Notes: generated from the sequence alone by a model not told the origin. Shown: positions 28,735-38,668, counted from the first letter of the stretch. The stretch: DNA of 58,635 nucleotides from an uncultured Bifidobacteriaceae bacterium (GCA_964555735.1 CAZKTS010000114.1:1-58635), one strand, 5' to 3'. Made by a program: numbers and translations.

Positions 28735-30305
28735 GTGCATTGCCGAGCACTGAGGGAACGCTCGTTGGAATTCCCGAGATCGCTTCGATCGCCGGCGTTC
28801 AACGGTCGGCGGTCAGCAACTGGCGGAAGCGTCATCCCGACTTTCCGCACCCAGCCGTCGAGACTCCGTCGGGTCTGCTCTTCGATCTCGGCCTCGTGGA
28901 GCTGTGGCTATTCGAGCACGGGAAGGTGACGACGCCGATCTCGGCGACGTCGATCCTTTGGAGGTTCATCAACGCGACGCAGTCTGAACCGGGACCGCTC
29001 CGAGACTTCTTGATCTCTGCACTGGTCTACCTCGAGGCGTGTGACCGTGCGCAAAGCGGCGGTGTGATCCGCGTCGCGGACGCGGACCGCTGGTCGAGCA
29101 TCGACTCCCTGCCCGAAGCCGAGCTCGGTGCCCGATTGCGGATGGTGCTTGCGAGGATCGAGGAGGAGAACGAGCAACTCCGTGGTCTCCTGCTCCATGG
29201 TGTTGCCTCGCCGGGTGCGCCACCGATGGAACGACAGCTCGAACTCCTCGGCCATCTTGACTTCGTCTCGCGTGACTCAGAGACCCCGCGGTTCGAGTTG
29301 TTCGAGGAAGTCGTTGCGCGAACGCACCAGAGAGCGCGCTTCACCGAAGAACATGCAACCCCAGATGGCCTCGCCCTTCTCCTCGCCAAGCTCGCTGGTG
29401 AGGCCGAGCGCGTGTTTGATCCCGCGTGCGGGGAGGGCGGAGTTCTCCTCATGACTGCAGTCGCGTCGGACCTACCGGGACAGAGCACGCGGGAGCTGAT
29501 CGGGTGGGAGGTCGATGCAGATGCGCTTCGACTCGCTCGCGCACGCTTCTTCCTGTACGGCATCGACGCAGAGCTTTCCCTGAGGGACAGCCTCACGGCG
29601 GCGCCGAACGAGCTGCCCTCGGCCGACGCTGTTCTCCTCGACCCTCCATACGGCGTTCGCCAGTGGGGAAACCCTGATATCTATCGAGACACCACCAGGT
29701 GGCCGTTCGGCACGCCTCCACCAAACTCTGCCAACCTCGCTTGGTTGCAGCTCGCCGCTGCTTCGTTGAAGCGTGGAGGCATGGCCTTCGTGCTCCTCCC
29801 CGCAAGCGAACTCGCAAGAGGCGGACGCGAACAAGGCATTCGTCAGTCGATGCTCGAAAGCGGTGCAGTCGACGCCGTCGTTGTTCTCCCCGCCCGACTC
29901 CGACGGGACACATCGATCCCACTATCGCTCTGGTGCATGCGACCCCCGAAGAGTGGCGGGACCGATGGCTCGATTCTGCTCGTCGATGCGTCACAGATAG
30001 GTCGTTCGAGCCGGTCGACCGTCTCGTTAGAGGAGGAGGACGTCGAACTCCTTGCACAGACGCTTGGCAAGTGGTTCGACGACCGCGCGATCGATACTGC
30101 AGACACGACGATTACCGCAGTCGTGGTCACCATTGCTGACGTCGAGGAGGCGCGGCTTGTCCCAGCGCACTACGTCCCAAAGCCGCAGGTTGATCGTCGT
30201 CAGCTGTCGCGCGAACGCGAGGTGCTGGTCGAGGAGCTCCGCGACGGTGCATCGGTACTCGCATCGGTCCTTCGCGCGGTCATCAAGGGATCACCGGGCG
30301 AATGA
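28731..30305 (+). CDS. HsdM-like N6-adenine methyltransferase with N-terminal AlpA/Xis-type HTH
   Basis: N-terminal LVGIPEIASIAGVQRSAVSNWRKRHPDFP; VFDPACGEGG (motif I); LLDPPYG (motif IV); LAWLQ...LKRGGMAFVLLP; GTGA overlap with NYN. Confidence 0.85.
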   Translation: MSALPSTEGTLVGIPEIASIAGVQRSAVSNWRKRHPDFPHPAVETPSGLLFDLGLVELWLFEHGKVTTPISATSILWRFINATQSEPGPLRDFLISALVYLEACDRAQSGGVIRVADADRWSSIDSLPEAELGARLRMVLARIEEENEQLRGLLLHGVASPGAPPMERQLELLGHLDFVSRDSETPRFELFEEVVARTHQRARFTEEHATPDGLALLLAKLAGEAERVFDPACGEGGVLLMTAVASDLPGQSTRELIGWEVDADALRLARARFFLYGIDAELSLRDSLTAAPNELPSADAVLLDPPYGVRQWGNPDIYRDTTRWPFGTPPPNSANLAWLQLAAASLKRGGMAFVLLPASELARGGREQGIRQSMLESGAVDAVVVLPARLRRDTSIPLSLWCMRPPKSGGTDGSILLVDASQIGRSSRSTVSLEEEDVELLAQTLGKWFDDRAIDTADTTITAVVVTIADVEEARLVPAHYVPKPQVDRRQLSREREVLVEELRDGASVLASVLRAVIKGSPGE

Positions 30306-30892
30306 GCGAGCACTCCGTCCGCCTCTCCGAGGTTGCCGACGTCCTGCGCGGAACCGTTCCAGCAACCACGACGCCAGAGCCGACGGGCCCAAAGTTCTTC
30401 GGGCTCGCAGAACTCAGTGATCGCAGCCTCACCCAGGTGCGCTACCTCGACCCTGACATCGAGTTAGGTCGCGCGGTCTACCTGCAGACTGGTGACATCG
30501 CGGTCGCGCTACTCGGTCGACTCGGCGAGTCTGCTCTGGTCAGGGATGAGCGTGCCGGTTCTGTCCTGGGTCGTGAGTGTGCGGTGATCAGACTCCGGCC
30601 GCACGAGGAGGCGATCACGCCGCCTTGGCTCTACGCGTGGACTAGATCGAGCGCCTTCGACCATGTCGTCGCAACGAGCACCTCGGGTACGACGATGCCG
30701 CGTCTCTCGATTCGCGGCCTACGTGAGTGTTCAGTTCCGCTCACGGAACTCGACACGCAGCAACGGCTGGCGGACAGGCTGGGCAAGTTCGAAGATGCAC
30801 TTGAGCTGACTCAACACGTCACGATGAAGCTCGAGAGATTGCGCCAGATTGAGATCGACCTGACCTTCGATGCAACCGATTCGAAGGGGTAA
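30302..30892 (+). CDS. half-size HsdS-like specificity subunit (single TRD)
   Basis: VRLSEVADVLRG, LQTGDI, GTTMPRLS, SVPLTELDTQQRLA plus one coiled-coil; 196 aa; ATGA overlap. Confidence 0.8.
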   Translation: MSEHSVRLSEVADVLRGTVPATTTPEPTGPKFFGLAELSDRSLTQVRYLDPDIELGRAVYLQTGDIAVALLGRLGESALVRDERAGSVLGRECAVIRLRPHEEAITPPWLYAWTRSSAFDHVVATSTSGTTMPRLSIRGLRECSVPLTELDTQQRLADRLGKFEDALELTQHVTMKLERLRQIEIDLTFDATDSKG

Positions 30893-31002
30893 CGCAGTGC
30901 TCGCGTCGCCTGCCGCCCCCATTGCGGTTGACTCGATGACTATCACGCGCTTGCCCGGATGGGTGCCGGACGTCCCACCCACTGCATAACGTGGGGACCA
31001 GC

Positions 31003-33822
31003 ATGACGGGCAGGGGCGACTCGGACTATCTGCAACCCGAGCAGAAGGCGCGCCAGCGAATCGACGAGATGCTCGTCGCTGCTGGCTGGGAGGTCCAGGA
31101 CTACAAGGCCGTCAACCTCCACGCCGCGACCGGTGTCGCCGTCCGGGAGCTCGTGACCGACGCCGGCCCCGCCGACTACATGCTGTTCGTGAACCGACAG
31201 GCTATCGGTGTGATCGAGGCGAAGCCGCAGGGCACGCCGCTGTCGGGCGTCGAGCCTCAGACGCTGAAGTATCAAGCCAACGTCCCGGATGCACTCCCGG
31301 CGTACCGGATCGATGGTTGCTTGCCCTTCGGATACGAATCGACGGGCGACGAGACGTGGTTCACCTGTCGCATGGATCCTGAGCCAACCGCGCGCAGGGT
31401 GTTCTGGTTCCATCGACCCGAGACGCTCGAATGGCAGCTCGAGGACCATGCGAATCACGGCGGCGGGACGCTGCGCGCTCGCATCCCCGACATGCCGGAG
31501 CTGGAGCCCGATCCGGCGCGGTTGCGTGATGCTCAGTTCGATGCGATCACCAACCTCGAGCGATCGCTGAAGGACAACCACCCCCGCGCGCTGATCCAGA
31601 TGGCCACAGGGTCGGGCAAGACATTCGCGGCTGCGAACATCTGCGAGCGGCTGATCCAGCACGCCCAGGCTAAGCGAATCTTGTTCCTGGTCGACCGGGC
31701 CAACCTGGGCAAGCAGGCCCTCAGGGAGTTCCAGGGCTTCGACGTGCCCGGCTCGGCCCACAAGTTCACAGAGCTCTACAACGTCCAGCACCTCACCCAC
31801 AACAAGGTCGACCCAGTCGCGAGTGTGTGCATCGGGACGATCCAGCGCGTGTATTCGATGCTGCGCGGCGACGCCGAACTGCCGGAGGAGATCGACGAGG
31901 AGTCGGGCTACGAAATGGCGCCCGAGCGACCCGTCGAGGTCGACTACAGCAGCGCGCTGCCCATCGAGATGTTCGACGTGATCATCATCGACGAGTGCCA
32001 CCGCTCGATCTACGGCGTGTGGCGCCAGGTGCTCGAGTACTTCGACGCGTCCCTCATTGGGCTGACCGCCACACCCGGCAAGCAGACGTTCGGGTTCTTC
32101 AACAAGAACCTCGTGATGGAGTACGGCTTCCCCGCGGCGGTCGCCGACGGCGTGAACGTCGACTTCGACGTTTTTCGGCTCTCTACCGCGATCAGCGAGG
32201 GTGGCTCCACGATCGAGGCCGGCTATTGGACGACCTTCCGGGATCGCGAGACCCGCGGGGAACGGCTCGAGCTGGTCGACGAGGACCTCACCTACGACGA
32301 GCGCGAGCTCGACAAGAGAGTGGTTGCAAAGGACCAGATCCGCACCGTCATCCGGTCCCTGCGCGACAACCTGCCAGCGATGTTCCCGGACCGCGAGATC
32401 GACGAACACGGCCGGCTCCGTCACATCCCCAAGACCCTCATCTTCGCCAAGGACGACAGCCACGCAGAGGACATCGTGCGCATCGCCCGCGAGGAGCTCG
32501 CCAAGGGCAACGATGTCATCGCCAAGATCACCTACAAGGTATCCGACGGCGCCAAGCCCGAGCAGCTCCTGCAGGACTTCCGCACGACCTACTACCCGCG
32601 CATCGCCGTGACCGTCGACATGATCGCCACTGGCACCGACGTGAAGCCCATCGAAATGGTGGTCTTCATGCGGATGGTTCGCTCCCGCAACTTCTTCGAG
32701 CAGATGAAGGGCCGCGGGGTGCGGACTATCCCTGACACCGACCTCCAGGTCGTCACTCCAGACGCCACCCACAAGGACCGGTTCGTGCTCGTTGACGCGG
32801 TCGGCGTCACCGAGACCAAGCTCATCGAGTCGATGCCGTTGGAACGCAAGCGCGGCGTGCCGCTCCAGAAGCTGCTCCACCAGGTGGCGCTCGGCCAGGT
32901 AAGCGAAGACCTCGTGTCGACGCTCGCCTCGCGAATCGCCCGCATCCAAGGCCGGATCGCTCCGGCCGACCGCGAGAGGCTCCAGGCACTTGCCGGCCAG
33001 TCGCTCGAGTCGATCGAACACGGACTGATCGAGGCGATTGACCCCGACCGCCAGCTCGCCGCCGCTCAAGCTGCGAGCGGCAACCCCGACCCGACCGAGG
33101 AAGAGCGCGCAACAGCCAAGGCGACGATGCTCGATCAGGCCGTGCTCCCGTTCGCCGCCAACCCTGAGCTTCGTGAGCAGCTCGTGAACGTGCAGCGCAC
33201 GTTCGACCAGGTGATCGACGAGATCAGCATCGACCACGTCACCCGCGCTGAGTTCGCGGTTGACGCCCGCGCTCGCGCGGCGGAGACCGTCGAATCGTTC
33301 AAGGCGTACCTCGATGAGCACAAGGACGAGATCACCGCCCTCCAGGTGCTCTACAGCCGCCCCTACGCGAAGCGGCTCACTTATCGCGACGTGAAGGAGC
33401 TGGCCGAAGCGATCGGGCGGCCACCCCACCGTTGGACTCCCGCGCGCCTCTGGGAGGCCTACGAGACACTCGACGCCTCGAAGGTCCGCGGTGCGGCCGG
33501 AACCGTGCTGACCAACGTCGTGTCGCTGGTGCGCTTTGCGCTCGGCGATGACGATGAACTCGCGCCGTTCCCTGAACTGGTCGAGGAGCGCTTCGAAGCT
33601 TGGCTGCTCCAGCAACAGTCTGCCGGGCGAAACTTCACTGCGGATCAGCTCGACTGGCTCCGCCTCATCCGCGACCACCTCGCCGCCAGCCTCTCGATCG
33701 AGTCGCGTGAGCTGCTCGATCCTCCCTTCAGCCAGCATGGCGGCCTTGGTCGCGCGCGCGAGCTCTTCGGTCACGAACTCGACGGCCTCCTGGTCGAGCT
33801 CGGTGAGGCTGTCGCGGCGTGA
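31003..33822 (+). CDS. hsdR: type I restriction endonuclease subunit R (EcoKI/EcoAI-like)
   Basis: ADYMLF...VIEAK nuclease, MATGSGKT, IIDECHRS, LTATP, TGTDV, QMKGRG; EcoEI-R-like C-terminus. Confidence 0.95.
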   Translation: MTGRGDSDYLQPEQKARQRIDEMLVAAGWEVQDYKAVNLHAATGVAVRELVTDAGPADYMLFVNRQAIGVIEAKPQGTPLSGVEPQTLKYQANVPDALPAYRIDGCLPFGYESTGDETWFTCRMDPEPTARRVFWFHRPETLEWQLEDHANHGGGTLRARIPDMPELEPDPARLRDAQFDAITNLERSLKDNHPRALIQMATGSGKTFAAANICERLIQHAQAKRILFLVDRANLGKQALREFQGFDVPGSAHKFTELYNVQHLTHNKVDPVASVCIGTIQRVYSMLRGDAELPEEIDEESGYEMAPERPVEVDYSSALPIEMFDVIIIDECHRSIYGVWRQVLEYFDASLIGLTATPGKQTFGFFNKNLVMEYGFPAAVADGVNVDFDVFRLSTAISEGGSTIEAGYWTTFRDRETRGERLELVDEDLTYDERELDKRVVAKDQIRTVIRSLRDNLPAMFPDREIDEHGRLRHIPKTLIFAKDDSHAEDIVRIAREELAKGNDVIAKITYKVSDGAKPEQLLQDFRTTYYPRIAVTVDMIATGTDVKPIEMVVFMRMVRSRNFFEQMKGRGVRTIPDTDLQVVTPDATHKDRFVLVDAVGVTETKLIESMPLERKRGVPLQKLLHQVALGQVSEDLVSTLASRIARIQGRIAPADRERLQALAGQSLESIEHGLIEAIDPDRQLAAAQAASGNPDPTEEERATAKATMLDQAVLPFAANPELREQLVNVQRTFDQVIDEISIDHVTRAEFAVDARARAAETVESFKAYLDEHKDEITALQVLYSRPYAKRLTYRDVKELAEAIGRPPHRWTPARLWEAYETLDASKVRGAAGTVLTNVVSLVRFALGDDDELAPFPELVEERFEAWLLQQQSAGRNFTADQLDWLRLIRDHLAASLSIESRELLDPPFSQHGGLGRARELFGHELDGLLVELGEAVAA

Positions 33823-35153
33823 CACTTCGAGCGGATCCGGCGGAGATCGTCGCAGCATCGACATCGCCCCAACTCGCGGCCGCGCCCTGGTGGGTCAGGG
33901 TTCGCCTCGGTGACATCGCCGAAGTGATCAACGGTGCGGCCTTCAAGTCATCGAGGTTCAACGACGAGGGCCGTGGCGAGCCACTCGTGCGGATTAGGGA
34001 CGTGGGAAAGAACAGCGTTCAAGCTCACTATGACGGTCCGTATGAGGAGCGACATCTCGTCAACCACGGAGATCTGCTCGTCGGAATGGATGGCGACTTT
34101 CGCGTCGCCACCTGGGAGGGGCCTCGCGCACTGCTTAACCAGAGAGTGTGTCGTATTCAGATCCGTGAGCCGGACTACTACAGCGATCGCTTCCTGCTAC
34201 ACGTGCTCCAGCCCTACTTAAACGCAATCCAGGCTGCGACGTCATCCATCACGGTGAAGCACCTGTCATCACGCACGATTCAGGATCTACCTGTTCCTCT
34301 TCCTCCGCGTGCAGAACAGTCGCGGGTCGCCGCCGCAATTGAGGAGCACATCTCCCGCCTCGACGGTGCCGTAGCCGCCACAGCGTCGGCGCGGCGAAGG
34401 CTCGCTGGCTTCTACGACTCGGTATTGCAGGCGACGTTCGATCCAGCCTGGCCGCGGGATCCGCTGGACTCGCTCAACGATCGCGAGCGGCCGATCTGCT
34501 ACGGCATCCTCAAGCCGAAGACCCCGGAGCCAGGCACAGTGCCCTACGTCGAGGTCAGGAGCATTGCCAACGGCCAGATCAACGTGAGTGAGCTCCATAA
34601 GACGACGATGGCTCTTCACCACGAATTTCGGCGGTCCGAGTTGCGGGCAGGGGACGTGACCCTTGCCATCCGAGGTTCGTTCGACAGAGCAGCGGTCGTT
34701 CCAGACGAGCTCGGGGGAGCGAATGTCAGCAGGGACGTCGCGCGCATCGCGCCGACTCACTATCTGCTTCCCGAGTTCCTGGCAGCATTCTTGGTGAGTC
34801 CCGAGGCGCGGCGGTTCTTCCGAACGCATGCGCGTGGGGTCGCCGTCCAAGGCATCAACATCGGCGACTTGCGGCGGCTGCCGGTCCCGAAGCCCAACGC
34901 CGATGTTCAACAAGCAGCCGTCCGGAGGATTGCAGCGGCACGATCGGCGATCGACCACATTGAGGGCGAGGTCCGAATCGGCGATGTGCGCAGCCATCAA
35001 CTACGCCGCTCAATCCACGCGGCGGCGTTTGCAGGCCAGCTCGTGCCGCAGAATTCTGATGATGAGCCAGCTTCGGCGCTACTCGAACGTATCCGGGCCG
35101 AGCGAGCATCGGCACCCCCCGCGAAGCGCAGGCAGAAGGCGACGACATCGTGA
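33819..35153 (+). CDS. hsdS: type I specificity subunit S (two TRDs)
   Basis: WVRVRLGDIA...VPLPPRAEQSRV, second TRD ...GINIGDL...PVPKP; C-terminal AFAGQLVPQ...EPASALLERIRAE. Confidence 0.93.
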   Translation: MTLRADPAEIVAASTSPQLAAAPWWVRVRLGDIAEVINGAAFKSSRFNDEGRGEPLVRIRDVGKNSVQAHYDGPYEERHLVNHGDLLVGMDGDFRVATWEGPRALLNQRVCRIQIREPDYYSDRFLLHVLQPYLNAIQAATSSITVKHLSSRTIQDLPVPLPPRAEQSRVAAAIEEHISRLDGAVAATASARRRLAGFYDSVLQATFDPAWPRDPLDSLNDRERPICYGILKPKTPEPGTVPYVEVRSIANGQINVSELHKTTMALHHEFRRSELRAGDVTLAIRGSFDRAAVVPDELGGANVSRDVARIAPTHYLLPEFLAAFLVSPEARRFFRTHARGVAVQGINIGDLRRLPVPKPNADVQQAAVRRIAAARSAIDHIEGEVRIGDVRSHQLRRSIHAAAFAGQLVPQNSDDEPASALLERIRAERASAPPAKRRQKATTS

Positions 35154-36631
35154 GCGAAGCCAAGGTGATCGTCGACAAGCTTTGGAACTACTGCCACATC
35201 TTGCGCGACGACGGATTGTCGTATGGCGACTACCTGGAGCAGCTCACGTATCTGCTGTTCCTGAAGATGGCTGAAGAACAGCATCAGTTCGGCTTCGAGC
35301 GGATCGTGCCCGAGGGTTACGACTGGCCCTCGCTGCTCGACTTGAAAGGCGAGACGCTGGAGGCGCACTACATCACGATCCTCAACGAGTTGGGCAAGGG
35401 CGACGACATGTTGGGTGTCGTCTTCCGCAAGGCGCAGAACCGGATCCAGGACCCAGCCAAACTCGAACGGCTCATCAAGGATCTCATCGGCAACGAGGAG
35501 TGGATGAGCCTCGACGCCGACGTGAAGGGCGACGCGTATGAAGGGCTGCTCGAGAAGAACGCGGCCGACACCAAGTCGGGGGCGGGCCAGTACTTCACCC
35601 CGCGCGCGTTGATCGCCGCGATGGTCGATGTCATGCGGCCGGGGCCGGACATGCAGATCTGTGATCCGGCGTGCGGCACCGGTGGCTTCTTCCTCGCCGC
35701 GTTCGATTACATCCTCCGCAACCATCCCAACCTCGACCCCGACCAGAAGCGCCACGTCCGCTCGGGGTTGTTCACCGGCTGGGAGATCGTCGACAACACG
35801 GCGAGGTTGTGCGCCATGAACCTGTTGCTGCACGGGATCGAGAGTCCCGAGTCCGACAGCCCAGTTCACGTCGACGACGCGTTGCGGGCCGACCCGGGCG
35901 AGCGGTTCGACATAGTGCTAACTAACCCGCCGTTTGGGAAGAAGTCGTCAGTGACGATCGTCAATGGCGAGGGCAAGGCCGAGAAGCAGAGTCTCACCGT
36001 TGTTCGGGACGACTTCTGGGCGTCGACGTCGAATAAGCAACTCAACTTCGTGCAACACGTCAAGACGCTCTTGAAGGTGGAGGGCACCGCAGCAGTGGTC
36101 GTGCTCGACAACGTCCTGTTCGAGGGCGGAGCCGGCGAGACGATTCGTCGCCGGCTGCTCCACGAGTGCGACGTCCACACGTTGCTCCGCCTGCCGACTG
36201 GGATCTTCTACGCCCAAGGCGTCAAGGCCAACGTGTTGTTCTTCGACCGCAAGCCTGGCTCCGACACGCCCTGGACCGAAGAGCTGTGGATCTACGACCT
36301 ACGCACGAATATGCATTTCACGCTCAAGACCAAGACCCTCACTCGGGCCGACCTCGACGACTTCGTCGAGTGCTACCAGCCTGGAAAGCGCTCCAAGCGC
36401 GAGGAGAGCGACCGGTTCCACCGCTTCGCTTACGACGATCTGATTGCTCGCGACAAGGCCAGCCTCGACATCTTCTGGCTGCGCGACGAAAGTCTGGAGG
36501 ACACCGACAACCTGCCGTCACCCGGCGTAATCGCCGCGGAGATCGTTGAAGATCTCGACGCAGCGCTAACCGAATTCACCGCGCTAGCCGAGTCGCTACA
36601 GGGGATCGGCGAAGAGGTCGATTCGGCATGA
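35150..36631 (+). CDS. hsdM: type I methyltransferase subunit M
   Basis: KLWNYCHILRDDG, GAGQYFTPR, CDPACGTGGF, LTNPPFG. Confidence 0.96.
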   Translation: MSEAKVIVDKLWNYCHILRDDGLSYGDYLEQLTYLLFLKMAEEQHQFGFERIVPEGYDWPSLLDLKGETLEAHYITILNELGKGDDMLGVVFRKAQNRIQDPAKLERLIKDLIGNEEWMSLDADVKGDAYEGLLEKNAADTKSGAGQYFTPRALIAAMVDVMRPGPDMQICDPACGTGGFFLAAFDYILRNHPNLDPDQKRHVRSGLFTGWEIVDNTARLCAMNLLLHGIESPESDSPVHVDDALRADPGERFDIVLTNPPFGKKSSVTIVNGEGKAEKQSLTVVRDDFWASTSNKQLNFVQHVKTLLKVEGTAAVVVLDNVLFEGGAGETIRRRLLHECDVHTLLRLPTGIFYAQGVKANVLFFDRKPGSDTPWTEELWIYDLRTNMHFTLKTKTLTRADLDDFVECYQPGKRSKREESDRFHRFAYDDLIARDKASLDIFWLRDESLEDTDNLPSPGVIAAEIVEDLDAALTEFTALAESLQGIGEEVDSA

Positions 36632-36704
36632 GCAGAACCAAGCTGTTCAGCAGCGCCGGCGGGGTAGCCGAGCTGGCGGTCGCCGATCCCTGGGATTGCT
36701 CGTC

Positions 36705-37268
36705 GTGAGCCACGGCCCGCCATCCCAGGTGTGCCCGCTGTGTGCGGACGACGACCAGCTGAGTGCGCTCCCGGGGGAGCCGGGCACCTGGATGTTTACC
36801 TGCACTGGTACTCGTGGTCACGAGACTCCGTACTCATGGCCAGTCAAGGTCGAGTCCACGGTTGAGGGCCGAGAAGGAATCACCGAAGAGCTCGGCGTCT
36901 ATGACGATCTTCTTCTGTGCGTGCACTCGGACGAACCGTGGGTCGAGCATGGTGTCGTCGAGCATCGCTACAAGTTGTTGAAGCCGGCCGTCTACTTCAA
37001 GGAGCTGCTTCCGACGTACGGCCATGTCGCTCAAGGCCCGAAGCAGTACACGCTGTCGGCGTTCCTGGCTCGGGCGCTCGGACAGCTACGTGACGAAGGA
37101 GCACTCGCGTGGCAGTACGCGACCGCGACCGGGTTCTGGGCCTACAACGGGTCGATCTCCTACTGGGCGATCCCGCCCGCCCCGCCTGCTGACGAGCGCG
37201 CTACCTGGGAACAATTCGCGTTGGACGCAGGCCTCGATCCGAAGTCATGGAATCTCGACCCGCCGTGA
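36705..37268 (+). CDS. hypothetical protein with N-terminal Zn-ribbon-like motif
   Basis: CPLC...C-x4-H at the N-terminus; ORF 36696-37268, start uncertain; coupled to the next gene. Confidence 0.65.
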   Translation: MSHGPPSQVCPLCADDDQLSALPGEPGTWMFTCTGTRGHETPYSWPVKVESTVEGREGITEELGVYDDLLLCVHSDEPWVEHGVVEHRYKLLKPAVYFKELLPTYGHVAQGPKQYTLSAFLARALGQLRDEGALAWQYATATGFWAYNGSISYWAIPPAPPADERATWEQFALDAGLDPKSWNLDPP

Positions 37269-38014
37269 GCGATGTGACTGCCGAGGATGCGAAAGCACGG
37301 AATCGACGGGTGACGCGCGTGCTCGTCGACTGCGCAGATCGTTTCGGACTCAGGGCGGTCACCGAGTACCCGGTGCCAGGCGGCCGGCTCGACGTCGTTT
37401 GGCTTTGGAAGCCGAACGACGGAAGCGAGATCCCAGGCGTCGAGTTGGAACTGCCGCTCGTCGCGTTCGAGATCGAGTCGAGTTGGCGAACCCGCAAGCA
37501 CATCAAGGGCGACCTGATGAATCTCCAGGACGTGTGCCCTCTCGTTGGTGTCATCGTGTTGCTCGGCGAAGGACCAGATGTAGAAGGAACCCGTCGGTTC
37601 GCCTCTCAGCTTGTCGACCGGCCGGGGGCTCGCGTCGTCGTGTGGTCCGAACAGGATGTCGAGGCTCTCGTCCGGAGTCATGGCGAAGGCGCCGTCGCGT
37701 CCGAGGAGGCTGACGCGCGCCCACTGGCTCTCGCGACCGACGAAGACCGTGAGCACGGTGGCAAGTACCGGCCTCTCTGGAACTGGTTGCGGTTCCAGGA
37801 GACGTCCCCGGTCACGGCGACCTTCGGAGAGATCGAGACGGTCCTGGGATTCCCTTTGCCGCCGTCGAGTCGCCGGCACCTTCCTCATTGGTACGGCTAC
37901 GAAGGCACGGCAGTAGGCCGGGCGATCCGCGACGCCGGCTGGCGGGCGCGCCACGTGGACCTCGATGCCGAAACGGTGCTCTTTGAGCGAGTCGAAGAGT
38001 CCGACCACCCTTGA
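37265..38014 (+). CDS. PD-(D/E)xK-like nuclease domain fused to C-terminal DUF7662-like domain
   Basis: TEYPVPGGRLDVVW...AFEIESS; C-terminal KYRPLWNWL...TFGEIETVLGFPLPPSS...W...AGW. Confidence 0.65.
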   Translation: MSDVTAEDAKARNRRVTRVLVDCADRFGLRAVTEYPVPGGRLDVVWLWKPNDGSEIPGVELELPLVAFEIESSWRTRKHIKGDLMNLQDVCPLVGVIVLLGEGPDVEGTRRFASQLVDRPGARVVVWSEQDVEALVRSHGEGAVASEEADARPLALATDEDREHGGKYRPLWNWLRFQETSPVTATFGEIETVLGFPLPPSSRRHLPHWYGYEGTAVGRAIRDAGWRARHVDLDAETVLFERVEESDHP

Positions 38015-38032
38015 TGCCGCTTGGTCGGCCCA

Positions 38033-38069
38033 TTGAGTTTGCGTATCACGCAAGGTATATTGCGTGATA
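38033..38069 (+). promoter_or_regulatory. leaderless sigma70-type promoter with perfect operator palindrome
   Basis: TTGAGT (38033-38038), 17 bp, TATATT (38056-38061); TATCACGCAA-N6-TTGCGTGATA (38044-38069) ends on the A of ATG 38069. Confidence 0.75.
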
Positions 38070-38668
38070 TGAAAGAAGGCGGGTCACCCCTCTTGCCGTT
38101 GCTCCGGTCTCGGATTCTGGCCGAGATCCTCACTGTCGTCTTGTTGAATCCGGCTCGCGAGTGGTCGCTGACCGAGCTCGCCGAGCACGTCGGCGCATCA
38201 GTCGCCACGGCGCAGCGAGAGGTGCAGCGTGCCGAGGAGGCGGGCGTCGTGGGTAGCCGCAAGGTCGGCAATACCCGACTTGTGCGCGCCGTTGTCGATG
38301 GCCCACTCACTGAACCCCTGACAGAGCTCCTGTTGCGCTCGTTCGGTCCGAAGCAGGTGCTCGCCGAGGCGCTCCGCGACGTGCCCGGCATCGACGCGGC
38401 GTTCCTGTTCGGCTCGTGGGCGGCTCGCTACGCGGGGGAGAGGGGGCGTCCGCCGGAGGACATCGACGTGCTCGTGATCGGTGAGCCCGACCGCAACCGG
38501 CTCGATGACGCGATCACTGCTGCCGAGCAGCGCCTTACCAGACCGGTGCAGGTCACCATTCGGCGCCGAAGCTGGTGGGCCAAGGGCGATGACGCGTTCC
38601 ACAAGGAGATCTTGAAACGGCCAATTGTCGAGGTGTTCCCTCCGCGGTGGGAGGAGGTCGCATCATGA
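38069..38668 (+). CDS. ArsR-type HTH + minimal nucleotidyltransferase (MNT) antitoxin
   Basis: wHTH SLTELAEHVGASVATAQREVQR; LFGSWAARY...EDIDVLVIG (GS...DxD). Confidence 0.88.
   Translation: MKEGGSPLLPLLRSRILAEILTVVLLNPAREWSLTELAEHVGASVATAQREVQRAEEAGVVGSRKVGNTRLVRAVVDGPLTEPLTELLLRSFGPKQVLAEALRDVPGIDAAFLFGSWAARYAGERGRPPEDIDVLVIGEPDRNRLDDAITAAEQRLTRPVQVTIRRRSWWAKGDDAFHKEILKRPIVEVFPPRWEEVAS

Noticed and set aside
30943-33864. 973-aa minus-strand ORF (also the long antisense ORFs over drrAB, hsdM and the cyclases)
   Set aside because: Antisense to well-supported genes, a typical result of high-GC codon bias; no motifs.
30302-35153. hsdS shufflon / phase variation
   Set aside because: No inverted repeats shared between the S genes, no dedicated invertase and no long homopolymer tract seen by eye.
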